Below, one piece after another: positions 1 to 10,483 of a stretch of 64,000 nt of DNA. The stretch covers positions 64,811 to 128,810 of the forward strand of contig JAJPJK010000004.1 in assembly GCA_021324265.1 (NCBI GenBank), given 5' to 3'. The translations under genes were made by a program, and so were the position numbers. A model generated the notes under the pieces. The model searched no databases. It worked only from the letters and a program-made list of their open reading frames with translations, and had not been told where the DNA came from. Position 1 is the first letter of the stretch, and the number at the start of each line of letters is the position of its first letter. This DNA is from Thermoproteota archaeon. Its GTDB lineage: Archaea; Thermoproteota; Thermoprotei; Gearchaeales; Gearchaeaceae.

Positions 1-1
1 A

Positions 2-823
2 GCGGTACTTGGATTTTTTATAGCAGCCATACTCTATACTAAAAAATTTCCAGCAGCATTCTTAATTACAATCGTAACCTTAACTGTTATAGGGATCATC
101 CTTACTGAGACCAATATAGTACCTAGCCTGGTATTCATTCCACAACAAATAACCACTACGCCGGCTTTTAACACTTCAATATTGCCGAATTTCTCTAGCA
201 ACCTACATTACTATATAGTTCTAATAACCAGCTCATTTCCAATCGCATTTTCTCTTTTCTTCGTTGAATTTTTCGATGCACTAGGCTCAATTACTGGTGT
301 AACTGCTAAGGCAGGCCTAATCGACGAAAAAGGGAGACCTAAAAATATAGAAAAAGCTCTATACACAGATGCTTCTGCAACAGTTGTAGGAGCTCTTGCA
401 GGAACAACAACAACAGTTGTATATATAGAGTCTGCTTCAGGCGTTGAAGCAGGAGGTAGAACAGGACTCACAGCAATAGTTGTGGGATTGCTTTTCTTGT
501 TATTCTTACCTTTTACAAACTTAGTCATCTCTATACCATCTTTCGCTACTGCCCCAGTACTTCTTCTCGTAGGACTCATGTTTGTGCCATTGATAAAAAA
601 AGTAGATTTTGAAGACCTCACCGAAGCTGTTCCGGCTTTCGTTGCAATTATCGGAATACCTCTAACTGCAAGTATAACGACAGGTATTGGCCTAGCCTTC
701 CTAACTTATACAGCTATGAAAATTTTGAGCGGAAGATTCAAAGATCTTAGTTTAACAACGATTATAGTAACAATAATATTCATAATATACTTCGCAACAG
801 CAGGTTTTATTTCCTTTAGCTAG
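2..823 (+). CDS. NCS2/AzgA-family nucleobase permease (5' partial)
   Basis: Frame is open from base 2; motifs FFDALGSITGV, YIESASGVEAGGRTGLTA and FATAPVLLLVG; multi-pass hydrophobic. Confidence 0.9.
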   Translation, partial: AVLGFFIAAILYTKKFPAAFLITIVTLTVIGIILTETNIVPSLVFIPQQITTTPAFNTSILPNFSSNLHYYIVLITSSFPIAFSLFFVEFFDALGSITGVTAKAGLIDEKGRPKNIEKALYTDASATVVGALAGTTTTVVYIESASGVEAGGRTGLTAIVVGLLFLLFLPFTNLVISIPSFATAPVLLLVGLMFVPLIKKVDFEDLTEAVPAFVAIIGIPLTASITTGIGLAFLTYTAMKILSGRFKDLSLTTIIVTIIFIIYFATAGFISFS

Positions 824-2087
824 AAATTTTTTTTAATTCAAGCTTTTTCAAGTCAACTCCTGTGTTGTCCATCGTTATTACTGAACCTATCAAGAGTACT
901 ATATAGCCACCTATGAGTAAGATTGCATAGCCCCAGAAGATAGAGTAAAGAGAGACTATTGGCGCAAGAAGAAGACCAACAGTCGAGCCTATGTTGGCCA
1001 TGTTCCAAATAAAACCTATCGCAGATGCTCTAACATTCGTAGCAAATAGTTCTGAAAGATATGCTAACATAACACCTCCTGATAGGCCTATAAAACCTGT
1101 TATCAACCCGGCAGCTATCGCTACACTTAGGAAATTATTCGTGTAAAGCAATTGAATCGCAGGAATACTTAAAAGAATTCCAATTAATGAATATACCAAA
1201 AAGCTTCTTTTTCTTGTTAAATAATCACTGAAAATACCACCAAGAATAGTCATTATAGCGCCTATTACGCCCGCTATAGCTAGCGCTGAGAATATGAAGT
1301 TAACATTATATTTAAGAGATCTTAAGTATGTTGGTAAATAACCTAGCGTTGCATATGCAACCCAGTAAATGCCTGACATAACTAAGAGTGCAACTAGCGT
1401 TTCTCCAAGGTAATTTTTGAATAAGCCACTTATAGGAACTCTTAATATCTTGCCTTCCTTTTTAACTTCATCAAATAACTGCGATTCACCTACAGCAAGT
1501 CTAAGTACTAGACCTACAATGCTCACTACAATACTTAAATAGAAAGCATATCTCCATCCATAAGTTGAAAAGTTTTGACCGAAATAACTCGCCATAGCTA
1601 AAAAAGTAACAGCAGCTAAAGCATAACCCCAGTAATAACCTGATTGTAGGATGCCACTAGTTAAACCTCTACGACGATTATCGCTTGCTTCTACTGCTAT
1701 TAAATGTGAACCCGATACTTCGCCTCCCACGAAAATACCAACTAACAATCTGAGCAAAACAAATAAGGCAGGAGCCAATAAGCCAATTTCTGCATAGGTT
1801 GGCAATGCACCGGAAAGGGCAGAAAAAATTCCTAGACCTAGCAAAGTTATTAGCATCGTAATTCTGCGACCGACCCTATCAGCAACATGGCCAAATATAA
1901 TGCCCCCTAAAGGTCTAGCAAGCAAAGAAAGAGCATAGCTTGCGAAAACGGAAAGCAGACTAATTAATGGATTGCCACTCGGAAAGAATGCGCTCGCTAT
2001 AATGTTAGTTACGAAAAGCAGGAGAGTAAGGTCATAAACGTCGACCATCCAACCTATTGTCCCACCAACAATAGCCCTCCAATTCAT
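816..2087 (-). CDS. MFS transporter (metabolite:H+ symporter-like)
   Basis: RPLGGIIFGHVADRVGRR motif A, GGE motif, ELFATNVRASA; about 12 TM segments. Confidence 0.9.
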   Translation of the reverse strand: MNWRAIVGGTIGWMVDVYDLTLLLFVTNIIASAFFPSGNPLISLLSVFASYALSLLARPLGGIIFGHVADRVGRRITMLITLLGLGIFSALSGALPTYAEIGLLAPALFVLLRLLVGIFVGGEVSGSHLIAVEASDNRRRGLTSGILQSGYYWGYALAAVTFLAMASYFGQNFSTYGWRYAFYLSIVVSIVGLVLRLAVGESQLFDEVKKEGKILRVPISGLFKNYLGETLVALLVMSGIYWVAYATLGYLPTYLRSLKYNVNFIFSALAIAGVIGAIMTILGGIFSDYLTRKRSFLVYSLIGILLSIPAIQLLYTNNFLSVAIAAGLITGFIGLSGGVMLAYLSELFATNVRASAIGFIWNMANIGSTVGLLLAPIVSLYSIFWGYAILLIGGYIVLLIGSVITMDNTGVDLKKLELKKISS

Positions 2088-2222
2088 AATGAAAAAAAAT
2101 ATGCATTAATATTTAAACCTATACATTTGAGAATACAGCGAAATACTACTAACCGCTAATACATCATAACCTAGAAGAACAAGTTGAATCCTATTTGTTT
2201 CAAATAATGAAACATCTTCTGA

Positions 2223-3035
2223 ATGATTACTTTTAATTTCTTTCTAAAAATATTGAAAAAGTTAGTAAATCTTAAAAAGAAAGGTATTATTTTGGGTGAT
2301 GTAATTCCGCTTGTGGCTAAACATCATAATGCTCATCACTCAACTAGAAGAGATTATCCCATTAATTTTAAAGTTTTAACGATAATAGTGTTTATTTTTT
2401 TGGTTGCAGATATACTAATATTACTTCTTCCTTTCTATTTCAACCAACCTACAGACACTTTCATGATGGAACTTAGAAACACCTATTTAGCTAGCGATGG
2501 CTCTTATATACTTCTCAATTATACGCTAAAAAAGCTCTTATTAGTGAGCATAGCATCATGCATCCTTTCATATTCAGAAATGAAGCTGAATTGCAGTGGC
2601 AAAATTAACGGTACTGAAATAATCGTGTTCGTAAACAGATTTATCTACTCGTATATGTATAGAACGTCAAATAGCTCGCTTGTTTATCTTAATTTAAGTA
2701 TAAACATAACACTTGATAAAGGATTCGATACATGGACTGGATCCTATCCTGTAAACTGGAAACCATTAGAAGTTTATTCATTTAACAATGGTACAGTCAA
2801 AGTTCACAATCCAAACTACATACCGTTCAATCTTACAAATGTACAAGTATATCATTATAAATCAATCTATGAGCTACCAACCATAACCACATTAGGAAAC
2901 TTCACTATTGATCCAAATTCTACTATAATCCTGCAAGCAGACAATTTAAATGGTACAACATACATCAGATTCTATTATAATTACAAGTTTGCACCTGGAG
3001 GTGTTGTATATGAAAGTAGACAAGTTAGCCCTTAA
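2223..3035 (+). CDS. Hypothetical single-pass membrane-anchored surface protein (true start probably downstream, about 2292-2313)
   Basis: One TM segment followed by an Asn/Thr/Tyr-rich beta-type region with 11 N-x-S/T sequons. Confidence 0.6.
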   Translation: MITFNFFLKILKKLVNLKKKGIILGDVIPLVAKHHNAHHSTRRDYPINFKVLTIIVFIFLVADILILLLPFYFNQPTDTFMMELRNTYLASDGSYILLNYTLKKLLLVSIASCILSYSEMKLNCSGKINGTEIIVFVNRFIYSYMYRTSNSSLVYLNLSINITLDKGFDTWTGSYPVNWKPLEVYSFNNGTVKVHNPNYIPFNLTNVQVYHYKSIYELPTITTLGNFTIDPNSTIILQADNLNGTTYIRFYYNYKFAPGGVVYESRQVSP

Positions 3036-3621
3036 ACTAGCGATTATATTAGCAATAATAACATCGATATTGGGTATCATAATACAGTTATTTCCATTCG
3101 CATCTTTTAGTGGTTTGATAAACGGCGAAATAAGTTTGCTAAGATATAACTTAATGCTTGACAATGAAAACTTAATTATTTCTCCTCAGAACACAATCGG
3201 AATTAGATCGATCTACTCGATCATTAGCAGTGTTTTCTTACTTCTCAGCACTTTTTATTTATTCATAAGCTATAGGAAACATAAGAATACTTCAAAAACA
3301 ATTACAGCGAACAGTATATTCTTAGGAGCAGCCTTTGTAAACTTATTCGCTTCTACAATGACCATCCAATCTTATAGTTGGTTGTTTAAAGTACTTAAAA
3401 TATTTCTTGATAGTTTTCAAGGTTCTTACTTAACTTCAGCAGGTATTTTACAACTTTATGGATTTAAGATGACAATAATCGATATAGCTTGGTTAATATA
3501 CTTGAATGTTTTATTAGCTATACTGTTAATTGGATTAATTCTTTACAATGTGATAAAACAAGAAGAAGATAAAGAAATCGAAAAAAAGGTAATAGAAATA
3601 CCTATTACAGTACCAACTTAA
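3010..3621 (+). CDS. Hypothetical membrane protein (about 4 TM)
   Basis: ORF track starts at 2950; ATG at 3010 (MKVDKLAL) precedes the first TM and overlaps the end of the previous gene. Confidence 0.6.
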   Translation: MKVDKLALKLAIILAIITSILGIIIQLFPFASFSGLINGEISLLRYNLMLDNENLIISPQNTIGIRSIYSIISSVFLLLSTFYLFISYRKHKNTSKTITANSIFLGAAFVNLFASTMTIQSYSWLFKVLKIFLDSFQGSYLTSAGILQLYGFKMTIIDIAWLIYLNVLLAILLIGLILYNVIKQEEDKEIEKKVIEIPITVPT

Positions 3622-4538
3622 TATGAATTATAGAACAGTCTACGCAAGGTAGCACCTATCAATCCAATCGCATCCTTGCCTTGTTCTAAAGCATAGAAAA
3701 AAGATAAGAAACCATGTGTGACTCCATTAAATCTAACCGATGTAACTTGAACTCCTGCCTCAGCTAGCTTAGCTGCATAAACTTCACCTTGATCTCTTAA
3801 AGGATCATACTCAGCAGTTATTACCAATGCAGGCGCCAAATTTTTAAAATCTTGAGCTAATATCGGTGAAAAACGAAAATCAAATACATCTTCGGGCTTA
3901 GCAAAATACTGGGATGCAAACCAAATTATGTGATCGTTTTCTAGGAAATAACCCTTCGAAAACTCCGTCATTGATCTAGAAGTTAGATCTATCCCAACTG
4001 TTGGATATATCAAAATTTGTTGCTTCAATTCTATATTGTTATTTCTCGCTAATATCGCTAATACCGCTGCGATATTACCCCCTGCGCTATCGCCGGCTAT
4101 CGCAATCCCTTTATTCGCATTAAAACTACTGGCGTTTTCATTAACCCATTTCAAAGCATCGAAAGAATCTATTATTGCAGCAGGAAACTTATGTTCAGGT
4201 GCAAGTCTATAATCGACAGAAATTACAAGAGCATCTGAAGCCCTAGTTATTGCCCTACAAACATTATCGTAAGTGTCGAGATCTCCGATAACAAAACCTC
4301 CCCCGTGATAATAAATCAAAATTCCGTAGGGAGCTTCACGAAAAGGATAATAGATCCTTGCTTTTATGTCAGCCTCGCTACCATGAATTTTTATTTCTTC
4401 AACTTTCTTTACTTCTATCAACTTTTCCCCTCTTGAAATTTCTCTGAATATCCTCCTGAGCTCTTGCACATCCACCTTTCCGACAGGCAAATTAAAACCT
4501 GCGCTTATCAACTCTCTCAGCTTAGGATCCAAAGGCAT
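3618..4538 (-). CDS. Hormone-sensitive-lipase-family esterase (alpha/beta hydrolase)
   Basis: HGGGF oxyanion motif, GDSAGG nucleophile, YDPLRD and HGF triad motifs. Confidence 0.95.
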   Translation of the reverse strand: MPLDPKLRELISAGFNLPVGKVDVQELRRIFREISRGEKLIEVKKVEEIKIHGSEADIKARIYYPFREAPYGILIYYHGGGFVIGDLDTYDNVCRAITRASDALVISVDYRLAPEHKFPAAIIDSFDALKWVNENASSFNANKGIAIAGDSAGGNIAAVLAILARNNNIELKQQILIYPTVGIDLTSRSMTEFSKGYFLENDHIIWFASQYFAKPEDVFDFRFSPILAQDFKNLAPALVITAEYDPLRDQGEVYAAKLAEAGVQVTSVRFNGVTHGFLSFFYALEQGKDAIGLIGATLRRLFYNSY

Positions 4539-4649
4539 AAACTTATAATGTCTAGGCTAATAATAAGAATGACTAAAGTTAAGTATACTAAGATTCAATG
4601 AAAACACAGAAAAATTTAATAAAAACTTATTCTTTCTGTTTACAATAAA

Positions 4650-5888
4650 ATGATAGATAAAATAATAGAATTGATCGATTTTTATGCAGATCCGAAAAGA
4701 GCACTTTCGCAAAAAATAAAAGTTACTGGTAATAAGCTCTACATTAATGGATTCAATTTCGATCTTGGGAATAGAGCCTTAGTTGTTTCATTCGGTAAAT
4801 GTGCATTCAAAATGGCTAAATGGGCACAAGAAAACTTAAAGTTCGAGCAAGGAATATTGGTACGACCATTGAATGATGTCGAAGGAAAGTTGGATGAATT
4901 TATAGAAATTAGGTCAACACATCCAAATATCTCTGACAAAAGTATTGAGGCAGCGAAATTAATTGAAGAAGAGGTCAAAAGAAATTATTCATCAATACTT
5001 TTTCTCATTTCAGGTGGTTCTTCAGCATTGGTCGAGGACCCTCTCATAGATTTGGATGATATGATCATATTAAATGAATTGCTTATAAAGAGCGGAGCGT
5101 CTATACATGAAATCAACACAGTAAGAAAACACTTATCTAAAGTCAAAGGAGGGAAGCTTGCTCTGCTTTGTAAAGCGAAGTTCATTACCTTAGCTGTAAG
5201 CGATGTACCCTTTGATGAACCATCAATAATAGGTAGTGGGCCAACTTATCCCGATTCTTCAACTTTTAAGGATGCCTATGAAGTACTACTAGCTAAAAAG
5301 GTCTGGCAAGAATTGCCTGAAAGAGTAAAAAGATTTATTCTTAGAGGGATCGAAAAAGAGATCGAAGAGACTCCTAAGAACTTTCTTAGCCCTTACTTCA
5401 TCATCTTGAGGAACAGGGATGTTCTAAATGCTCTGGCTAAAGAGTTCAAGAAACTTAACCCTTTAATTTTAACTTCATGGGCTCAGGGAGAAAGCAGAGA
5501 GATTGCGAAACTATTCTCTAGAATATTCCAAGAAAATGAAGAAAACAAAGCTCTTATCATGGGAGGCGAGCCTGATGTGACTGTGCGAGGAAAGGGCAGA
5601 GGCGGAAGAAACAGCGAATTCGTGTTGTCATTTTTAAAAAACATGTATAAAGTAAATGAATTCTACATACTTGCATATGCCACAGATGGCTTGGATGGGA
5701 ATTCAAATGCTGCAGGTGCATGGGGTGATGAAAAAACATTGCATGAGATTCAGGAAAAGGGGATTGAAGTAGAGAAAGAACTTAATGACAACAATACTGC
5801 GTTTGTAATGGAAAAAGTGAATAAGTTAATCGTTAGAGGGATTACTGGTAATAACGTGAATAACGTTTATTTAGCACTAAAAAACTAG
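4650..5888 (+). CDS. Glycerate 2-kinase (MOFRL family)
   Basis: ISGGSSAL, INTVRKHLSKVKGG, IGSGPT, GRGGRN, TDGLDG, TGNNVNN. Confidence 0.9.
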   Translation: MIDKIIELIDFYADPKRALSQKIKVTGNKLYINGFNFDLGNRALVVSFGKCAFKMAKWAQENLKFEQGILVRPLNDVEGKLDEFIEIRSTHPNISDKSIEAAKLIEEEVKRNYSSILFLISGGSSALVEDPLIDLDDMIILNELLIKSGASIHEINTVRKHLSKVKGGKLALLCKAKFITLAVSDVPFDEPSIIGSGPTYPDSSTFKDAYEVLLAKKVWQELPERVKRFILRGIEKEIEETPKNFLSPYFIILRNRDVLNALAKEFKKLNPLILTSWAQGESREIAKLFSRIFQENEENKALIMGGEPDVTVRGKGRGGRNSEFVLSFLKNMYKVNEFYILAYATDGLDGNSNAAGAWGDEKTLHEIQEKGIEVEKELNDNNTAFVMEKVNKLIVRGITGNNVNNVYLALKN

Positions 5889-6532
5889 ACTAAAAATTTA
5901 TATAACTCGCCAATGAGAACTGGTTCTTCACGGATTACCCATTTTCTATGCTTGGCCTCTCTCAGCTTTTCAACCACATGAGACCATCCAATTAAGGAAT
6001 CTAACTCGTAAATTACTACATATTCGTTATCGTCAATGCCAAATGAATACGTTGTATATGAAATTATTCCTTTACCTTCTGGATGCAATCTAGCCATTCT
6101 TATGTGTTCTTCAAGCATCTTCTTTCTTTCACTTTCATCTAGTAAAAACCATTCAGGATCGCGCTTCATAGGATATGCAACCAAGTATTTCTTTGGCTCT
6201 TTATTCACAGGCCTTAATTGATCTTTGAAATAGGGAGAAGGCTCGTATATAGAAAACAAAGTGTAAGCTTTTGAAATATATTTACCTAATCTCCTCTTGA
6301 TTATATTTTGAAGCTCTGTTATACCAACTGTATCTTTAACAAATGCCCATAGCAAGACATCCAGATCAACTTTTAGAGATTTGAATATCCTCAATAGTTC
6401 AAATTTATCCTTAAGCTTGTTGAGGTCTTCGATGAATTGAGAAAATGCTTCAGTTCTTTTTTCCTCCTCTAAATCCCACCATCTCTCATTGAAGGTAAGT
6501 GCTATTATATTAGAGTAAAGCACATCGCCCAT
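5885..6532 (-). CDS. Chlorite dismutase/coproheme decarboxylase (ChdC/HemQ-like) family heme protein
   Basis: YPMKR...W, proximal EEHIRMA, TTYSFGIDDNEYVV. Confidence 0.85.
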   Translation of the reverse strand: MGDVLYSNIIALTFNERWWDLEEEKRTEAFSQFIEDLNKLKDKFELLRIFKSLKVDLDVLLWAFVKDTVGITELQNIIKRRLGKYISKAYTLFSIYEPSPYFKDQLRPVNKEPKKYLVAYPMKRDPEWFLLDESERKKMLEEHIRMARLHPEGKGIISYTTYSFGIDDNEYVVIYELDSLIGWSHVVEKLREAKHRKWVIREEPVLIGELYKFLV

Positions 6533-6661
6533 ATTGCTAAACTAAACTGTTAATTATTTAAGCTATAACAAATGCTGATAGTACTGTTTTAAAAATATAT
6601 AGATATATGAATTTATATTTAAGAGAAATAGTCTTATTATTTACACTACTTAATTCTACTA

Positions 6662-7831
6662 GTGGAGCTCAGTAGAGAAGAGGAAAAGGCATTGAAAGGC
6701 GAGTATGGCGAGGCGCTTGCTACAGCCTATAGAATCCTTGTAGCTATAGGTGAGGCTACAGGTGCGCAAAGACTTATAAAAGTAGAATGGGCTCACATAT
6801 CTGGAGTAAATTATAACACAATAGGAGATGCTGGTCTAAAATTCCTTGAAGACTTCAGCAAAGGAATGGAAGGGAGGAAAGTCATAATAAAGACAACAAT
6901 TAATCCAATGGGTTATGATCCTCAAAAACTTAATAACCTTGGACAAGATTTCACAGAAAAACAAAGTAAAATTATCGAAGCATATGAACGACTTGGAATT
7001 AAAGGCCCCTATACATGCATACCATATGAAGCATTCGAACTGCCTAAAGCTGGAACCCAAGTTAGCTTTGCAGAAAGTAACGCTGCAGTCTTTGTGAACT
7101 CCATGCTAGGGCTAATAACAAATAAAGAGAGTAGCTTAAGTGCGCTTGCTAGTGCTATAACAGGTAAGGCCCCTGATTCAGGTTTAAGAAATACTGAAAT
7201 GAGGAACCCAAAGGTGATCGTAAATGTAAGAAAAAAGCTAAGAAACGAACTAGATTTTGCGATACTGGGTTATTTTGCAGGAAAAATCGATGAACCATCC
7301 ATAGGGATCGAATTGAATGAAAATATGATAATCGACAAAACCCATGCAAAAGCATTAAGTGCATCACTTGGTTTGAGCGGGTCTGCTGGACTTTTTAAAA
7401 TTGGTAAATTCGAAAAATGGAAAGAGAAGATTGAGTTCACAGAAAAGGATGCTGAAATGATTAAAGATGAAATAAGCAACGCAGATAAGGGCGATGTAAT
7501 AGTATTCGGAAGCCCACAGCTAGGCTTAAAGGAATTAGAAAGACTCGTTCAACTCATGAAGATGAGGAAATTCAGAAAAAGATGCATCATATTTTGCGAG
7601 AGAGGCATTTTTAATCGCGCAAAGAAACTTGGGATCGCAGAGAAGCTCGAAAGTGCTAATGCTGAAATTTATTGTGATTCATGCTCATGTCTTACACCTT
7701 ATCTGAGCAAAGAGAACTTCGATTCAGTAATAACAAACAGCGTAAAAGCTGCTTATTATTTAAGGAACTGGAACAAGCTCAATGTATCACTGAAAAGTAT
7801 GGAAGAAATTGTTGAAGAAGAATGCGAATGA
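6662..7831 (+). CDS. Aconitase X catalytic subunit (DUF521), probable phosphomevalonate dehydratase large subunit
   Basis: AHISGVNY, TINPMG, TCIPY, AESNA, TNSVKAAYY; GTG start; adjacent to small subunit. Confidence 0.88.
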   Translation: MELSREEEKALKGEYGEALATAYRILVAIGEATGAQRLIKVEWAHISGVNYNTIGDAGLKFLEDFSKGMEGRKVIIKTTINPMGYDPQKLNNLGQDFTEKQSKIIEAYERLGIKGPYTCIPYEAFELPKAGTQVSFAESNAAVFVNSMLGLITNKESSLSALASAITGKAPDSGLRNTEMRNPKVIVNVRKKLRNELDFAILGYFAGKIDEPSIGIELNENMIIDKTHAKALSASLGLSGSAGLFKIGKFEKWKEKIEFTEKDAEMIKDEISNADKGDVIVFGSPQLGLKELERLVQLMKMRKFRKRCIIFCERGIFNRAKKLGIAEKLESANAEIYCDSCSCLTPYLSKENFDSVITNSVKAAYYLRNWNKLNVSLKSMEEIVEEECE

Positions 7832-8208
7832 ACTGCAAATCCATAATTAAGGGTTTCGCAAAAGGTATTGTGCTCAAGACGGAAAGGCCCATAAATCTAC
7901 TCATGCTAAATGATAATGGAATACTGAATGATGCCGCACATATTTTAAATGGAAAATCTGTTGCCAATAGAGTTCTGGTTTTCCCATATGCCGTCGGTAG
8001 TAGTGTAGGAGCATATAGGTTATATAACCTTAGAGTGAACAAAAATGCTCCAAATGCGATAATTTGCTTGAAACCAGATCTCATTACTGTTTCCGGCTGC
8101 GCCATTGCTAATATCCCTCTTGTAGTTTGTAGCCTCGAGGATTTTAAGATGATAAAGGATGGCATTGAAATTAGTGTTGATGCAGATAAAGGAGAAATTT
8201 TGTTTTAA
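7822..8208 (+). CDS. Aconitase X swiveling subunit (DUF126)
   Basis: LVFPYAVGSSVGAY, APNAII, GCAIANIP; overlaps the stop of the large subunit. Confidence 0.88.
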   Translation: MRMNCKSIIKGFAKGIVLKTERPINLLMLNDNGILNDAAHILNGKSVANRVLVFPYAVGSSVGAYRLYNLRVNKNAPNAIICLKPDLITVSGCAIANIPLVVCSLEDFKMIKDGIEISVDADKGEILF

Positions 8209-8239
8209 GTTTTTCTTCCAGACAATTCAATTCTAGAAT

Positions 8240-9142
8240 GTGGATCCTCTTTTTGCTTTAAATATAGATCCTTATAGTGCCTATATCGATGACGAGATAA
8301 AGATTGCAAAAATCGCGGACGAGCATGGAATCGATATAATTTCAATGCAAGACCATCCATACAATGGGAACTTTCTGGATACTTGGACATTCCTCACATA
8401 TTTAGCTAGTATAACAGAAAAGGTTCGCATAATGACAAATGTAGCAAACACACCACTCAGGAATCCAGTAATGCTCGCCAAGCAAGCTTCGACTCTTGAT
8501 AGAATCACAAAAGGGAGAGTTGAGTTAGGTATAGGCGCAGGTGCATTCTGGGATGGTATTAGATCTTTTGGATTAGAAAAAAAGGATCCAAAAGAAGCCT
8601 TCGAAGCCTTCAAGGATGCCATAAACATAATGAGGATTTTCTTTAGTATAACTAGAGATAATGAACTTGCATCTTATGAAGGAAAATATTATAGCCTATA
8701 TAGCGCATATCTTGGCCCTAAACCATATCATAAGATAAGGATTTGGATAGGAGGATATGGTAAGAAGATGCTTGCATTGATTGGAATGTATGGAGATGGT
8801 TGGACGATTTCCTTACCTTATCTGCCACCACAAGAATTGCCTTCTAAAAAGAAAATCATTGAAGAATACGCACTGAAAAAAGGAAGAGACCCAAAAAACA
8901 TAAGAACGAATTACAACTTCGGTGGTATCATATTCAGTGATGAAAAAGAAAGAGAAAGAATAAAAAGAGCAGATGTGATTATGGGTACAATAGACGAATG
9001 GGTTAAAATAATGCTAGAATTCCACAAACTAGGTGTAGACACTTTTACCTTCTGGGCTGCTGGGCCTCGCAAAGTGGAGCAAAGCATACTATTTGCGAAA
9101 GAAGTAGTTCCAAGATTTAAGGAATCATTAGGCTATAAATAG
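8240..9142 (+). CDS. LLM-class flavin (possibly F420)-dependent oxidoreductase
   Basis: MQDHPY, RNPVMLAKQASTLD..TKGRVELGIGAG, IWIGG. Confidence 0.9.
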   Translation: MDPLFALNIDPYSAYIDDEIKIAKIADEHGIDIISMQDHPYNGNFLDTWTFLTYLASITEKVRIMTNVANTPLRNPVMLAKQASTLDRITKGRVELGIGAGAFWDGIRSFGLEKKDPKEAFEAFKDAINIMRIFFSITRDNELASYEGKYYSLYSAYLGPKPYHKIRIWIGGYGKKMLALIGMYGDGWTISLPYLPPQELPSKKKIIEEYALKKGRDPKNIRTNYNFGGIIFSDEKERERIKRADVIMGTIDEWVKIMLEFHKLGVDTFTFWAAGPRKVEQSILFAKEVVPRFKESLGYK

Positions 9143-10038
9143 TCCTCGAACTTAACAGGGTTCCTAGCTTTACCTGTTTCAAGATATTGCCTTATGTTCT
9201 TCACAGCCTCGATGATAGCATAATTCATAACTTCTTCACCACCGCCTGCGCCAGCAATATGTAACGTGCCCATGAAGTTATCTAGCTCCCATAGTTTTGA
9301 ATCGAAATCTTCTCTGCCTTCTTTAATCCAGAAAACATCTGTAGCGAATCTAACATCAGGCCTTTCCTTCAACAACTTATATATTCCATCTTCATCCATC
9401 GTATCTCCTCTTCCTATGTTTACTATAATACAATTTTCTTTGACCTTCCTGAGAATTTCATAGTTCAAAATGCGTTCGGTATATTTGTTTAAAGGAAGCG
9501 CGTTAACTATGACATCACCTCGACTTATTACTTCGCTGAGTTCATTAGGGTTGTATTTCTCATCGAAATATTGTGGATATTTAAATGTCCTTGATACACC
9601 AATCACATGCATAAAAAATGCTTGCTTGCCTATCCTTGCAATTTCGCTACCAATCTCTCCTGCACCAAGAATCAATAAAATCTTTTTGTGTAATAAATAG
9701 GTCCTATGAGCTTTCTTTCTTCCAACCATTTTAGCTACCCCTAATATCAAAGCCCAAGCATGCTCAGAAACAGAATGATTAAATGCGCCTGCATTAGAGA
9801 ATACTTTGATATTCCTAGGCAATATTGAATAAGGCAAGCCATCCGCGCCTGCTGTTATAGTTTGTATAGCTTCTAGATTTTTCGCCTTTTTAATTATAGT
9901 TTCATTTATAGTTCTTGGAAATGCCAATATCACCTTAGCCTTTTGTAGAATTTCATCTGTGATATTTCCATCTACAACTTCATAACCTTTCAGAATTTTT
10001 TTTGCTTCTTCAGGTAACTTTACAAAGGATATTATCAT
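9133..10038 (-). CDS. D-isomer-specific 2-hydroxyacid dehydrogenase
   Basis: GAGEIG Rossmann motif, LPLNKYT, VNIGRG, TDVF, HIAG. Confidence 0.9.
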   Translation of the reverse strand: MIISFVKLPEEAKKILKGYEVVDGNITDEILQKAKVILAFPRTINETIIKKAKNLEAIQTITAGADGLPYSILPRNIKVFSNAGAFNHSVSEHAWALILGVAKMVGRKKAHRTYLLHKKILLILGAGEIGSEIARIGKQAFFMHVIGVSRTFKYPQYFDEKYNPNELSEVISRGDVIVNALPLNKYTERILNYEILRKVKENCIIVNIGRGDTMDEDGIYKLLKERPDVRFATDVFWIKEGREDFDSKLWELDNFMGTLHIAGAGGGEEVMNYAIIEAVKNIRQYLETGKARNPVKFEDYL

Positions 10039-10069
10039 AAAACTAAAGTAACCAATCTTAAAAAAATTT

Positions 10070-10483
10070 TTATTTTAAATTCTTTAGAAAAACATCCATT
10101 GCTCTAATCAAACTAGAAAACTCTGGCTTTCTAAATGCACTCAACAATTCCCAAAAACCCATTCCTTTAGATTCCTTTTCGAATTCTTTCAAAGCTGCAT
10201 TGAGTGCTATTGGAAATTTCTCAAGATATTGAGCCAAAAATTCTTGATCAACATTTTTTAGGAATGATTCGAAAAACTTGGTTATTTGAGGCAAACTGTT
10301 AACGATCAACTTAGCTCTCTCCTCGTCTTCCAAGATTTTATTCAAAGAATCCAGAATGCCTTCGTCATTAAGCTTTGCGAGAAATCTAAGTAACTTGCCC
10401 ATGCCTATTACAGCGCTCTCTAGAACTGCAGGCTCCTTAGCAAACTGATTTGCAAATTGTTCAAAAGTATCATTCTTCTCCAT
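10070..10483 (-). CDS. DUF1641-like helical protein
   Basis: LNDEGILD and C-terminal MGFWELLSAFRKPE pattern. Confidence 0.6.
   Translation of the reverse strand: MEKNDTFEQFANQFAKEPAVLESAVIGMGKLLRFLAKLNDEGILDSLNKILEDEERAKLIVNSLPQITKFFESFLKNVDQEFLAQYLEKFPIALNAALKEFEKESKGMGFWELLSAFRKPEFSSLIRAMDVFLKNLK

Noticed and set aside
2131-2170. Possible C/D-box sRNA (minus strand ATGATGT...CTGT with a short stem)
   Set aside because: Both boxes deviate from consensus and no C'/D' boxes are evident
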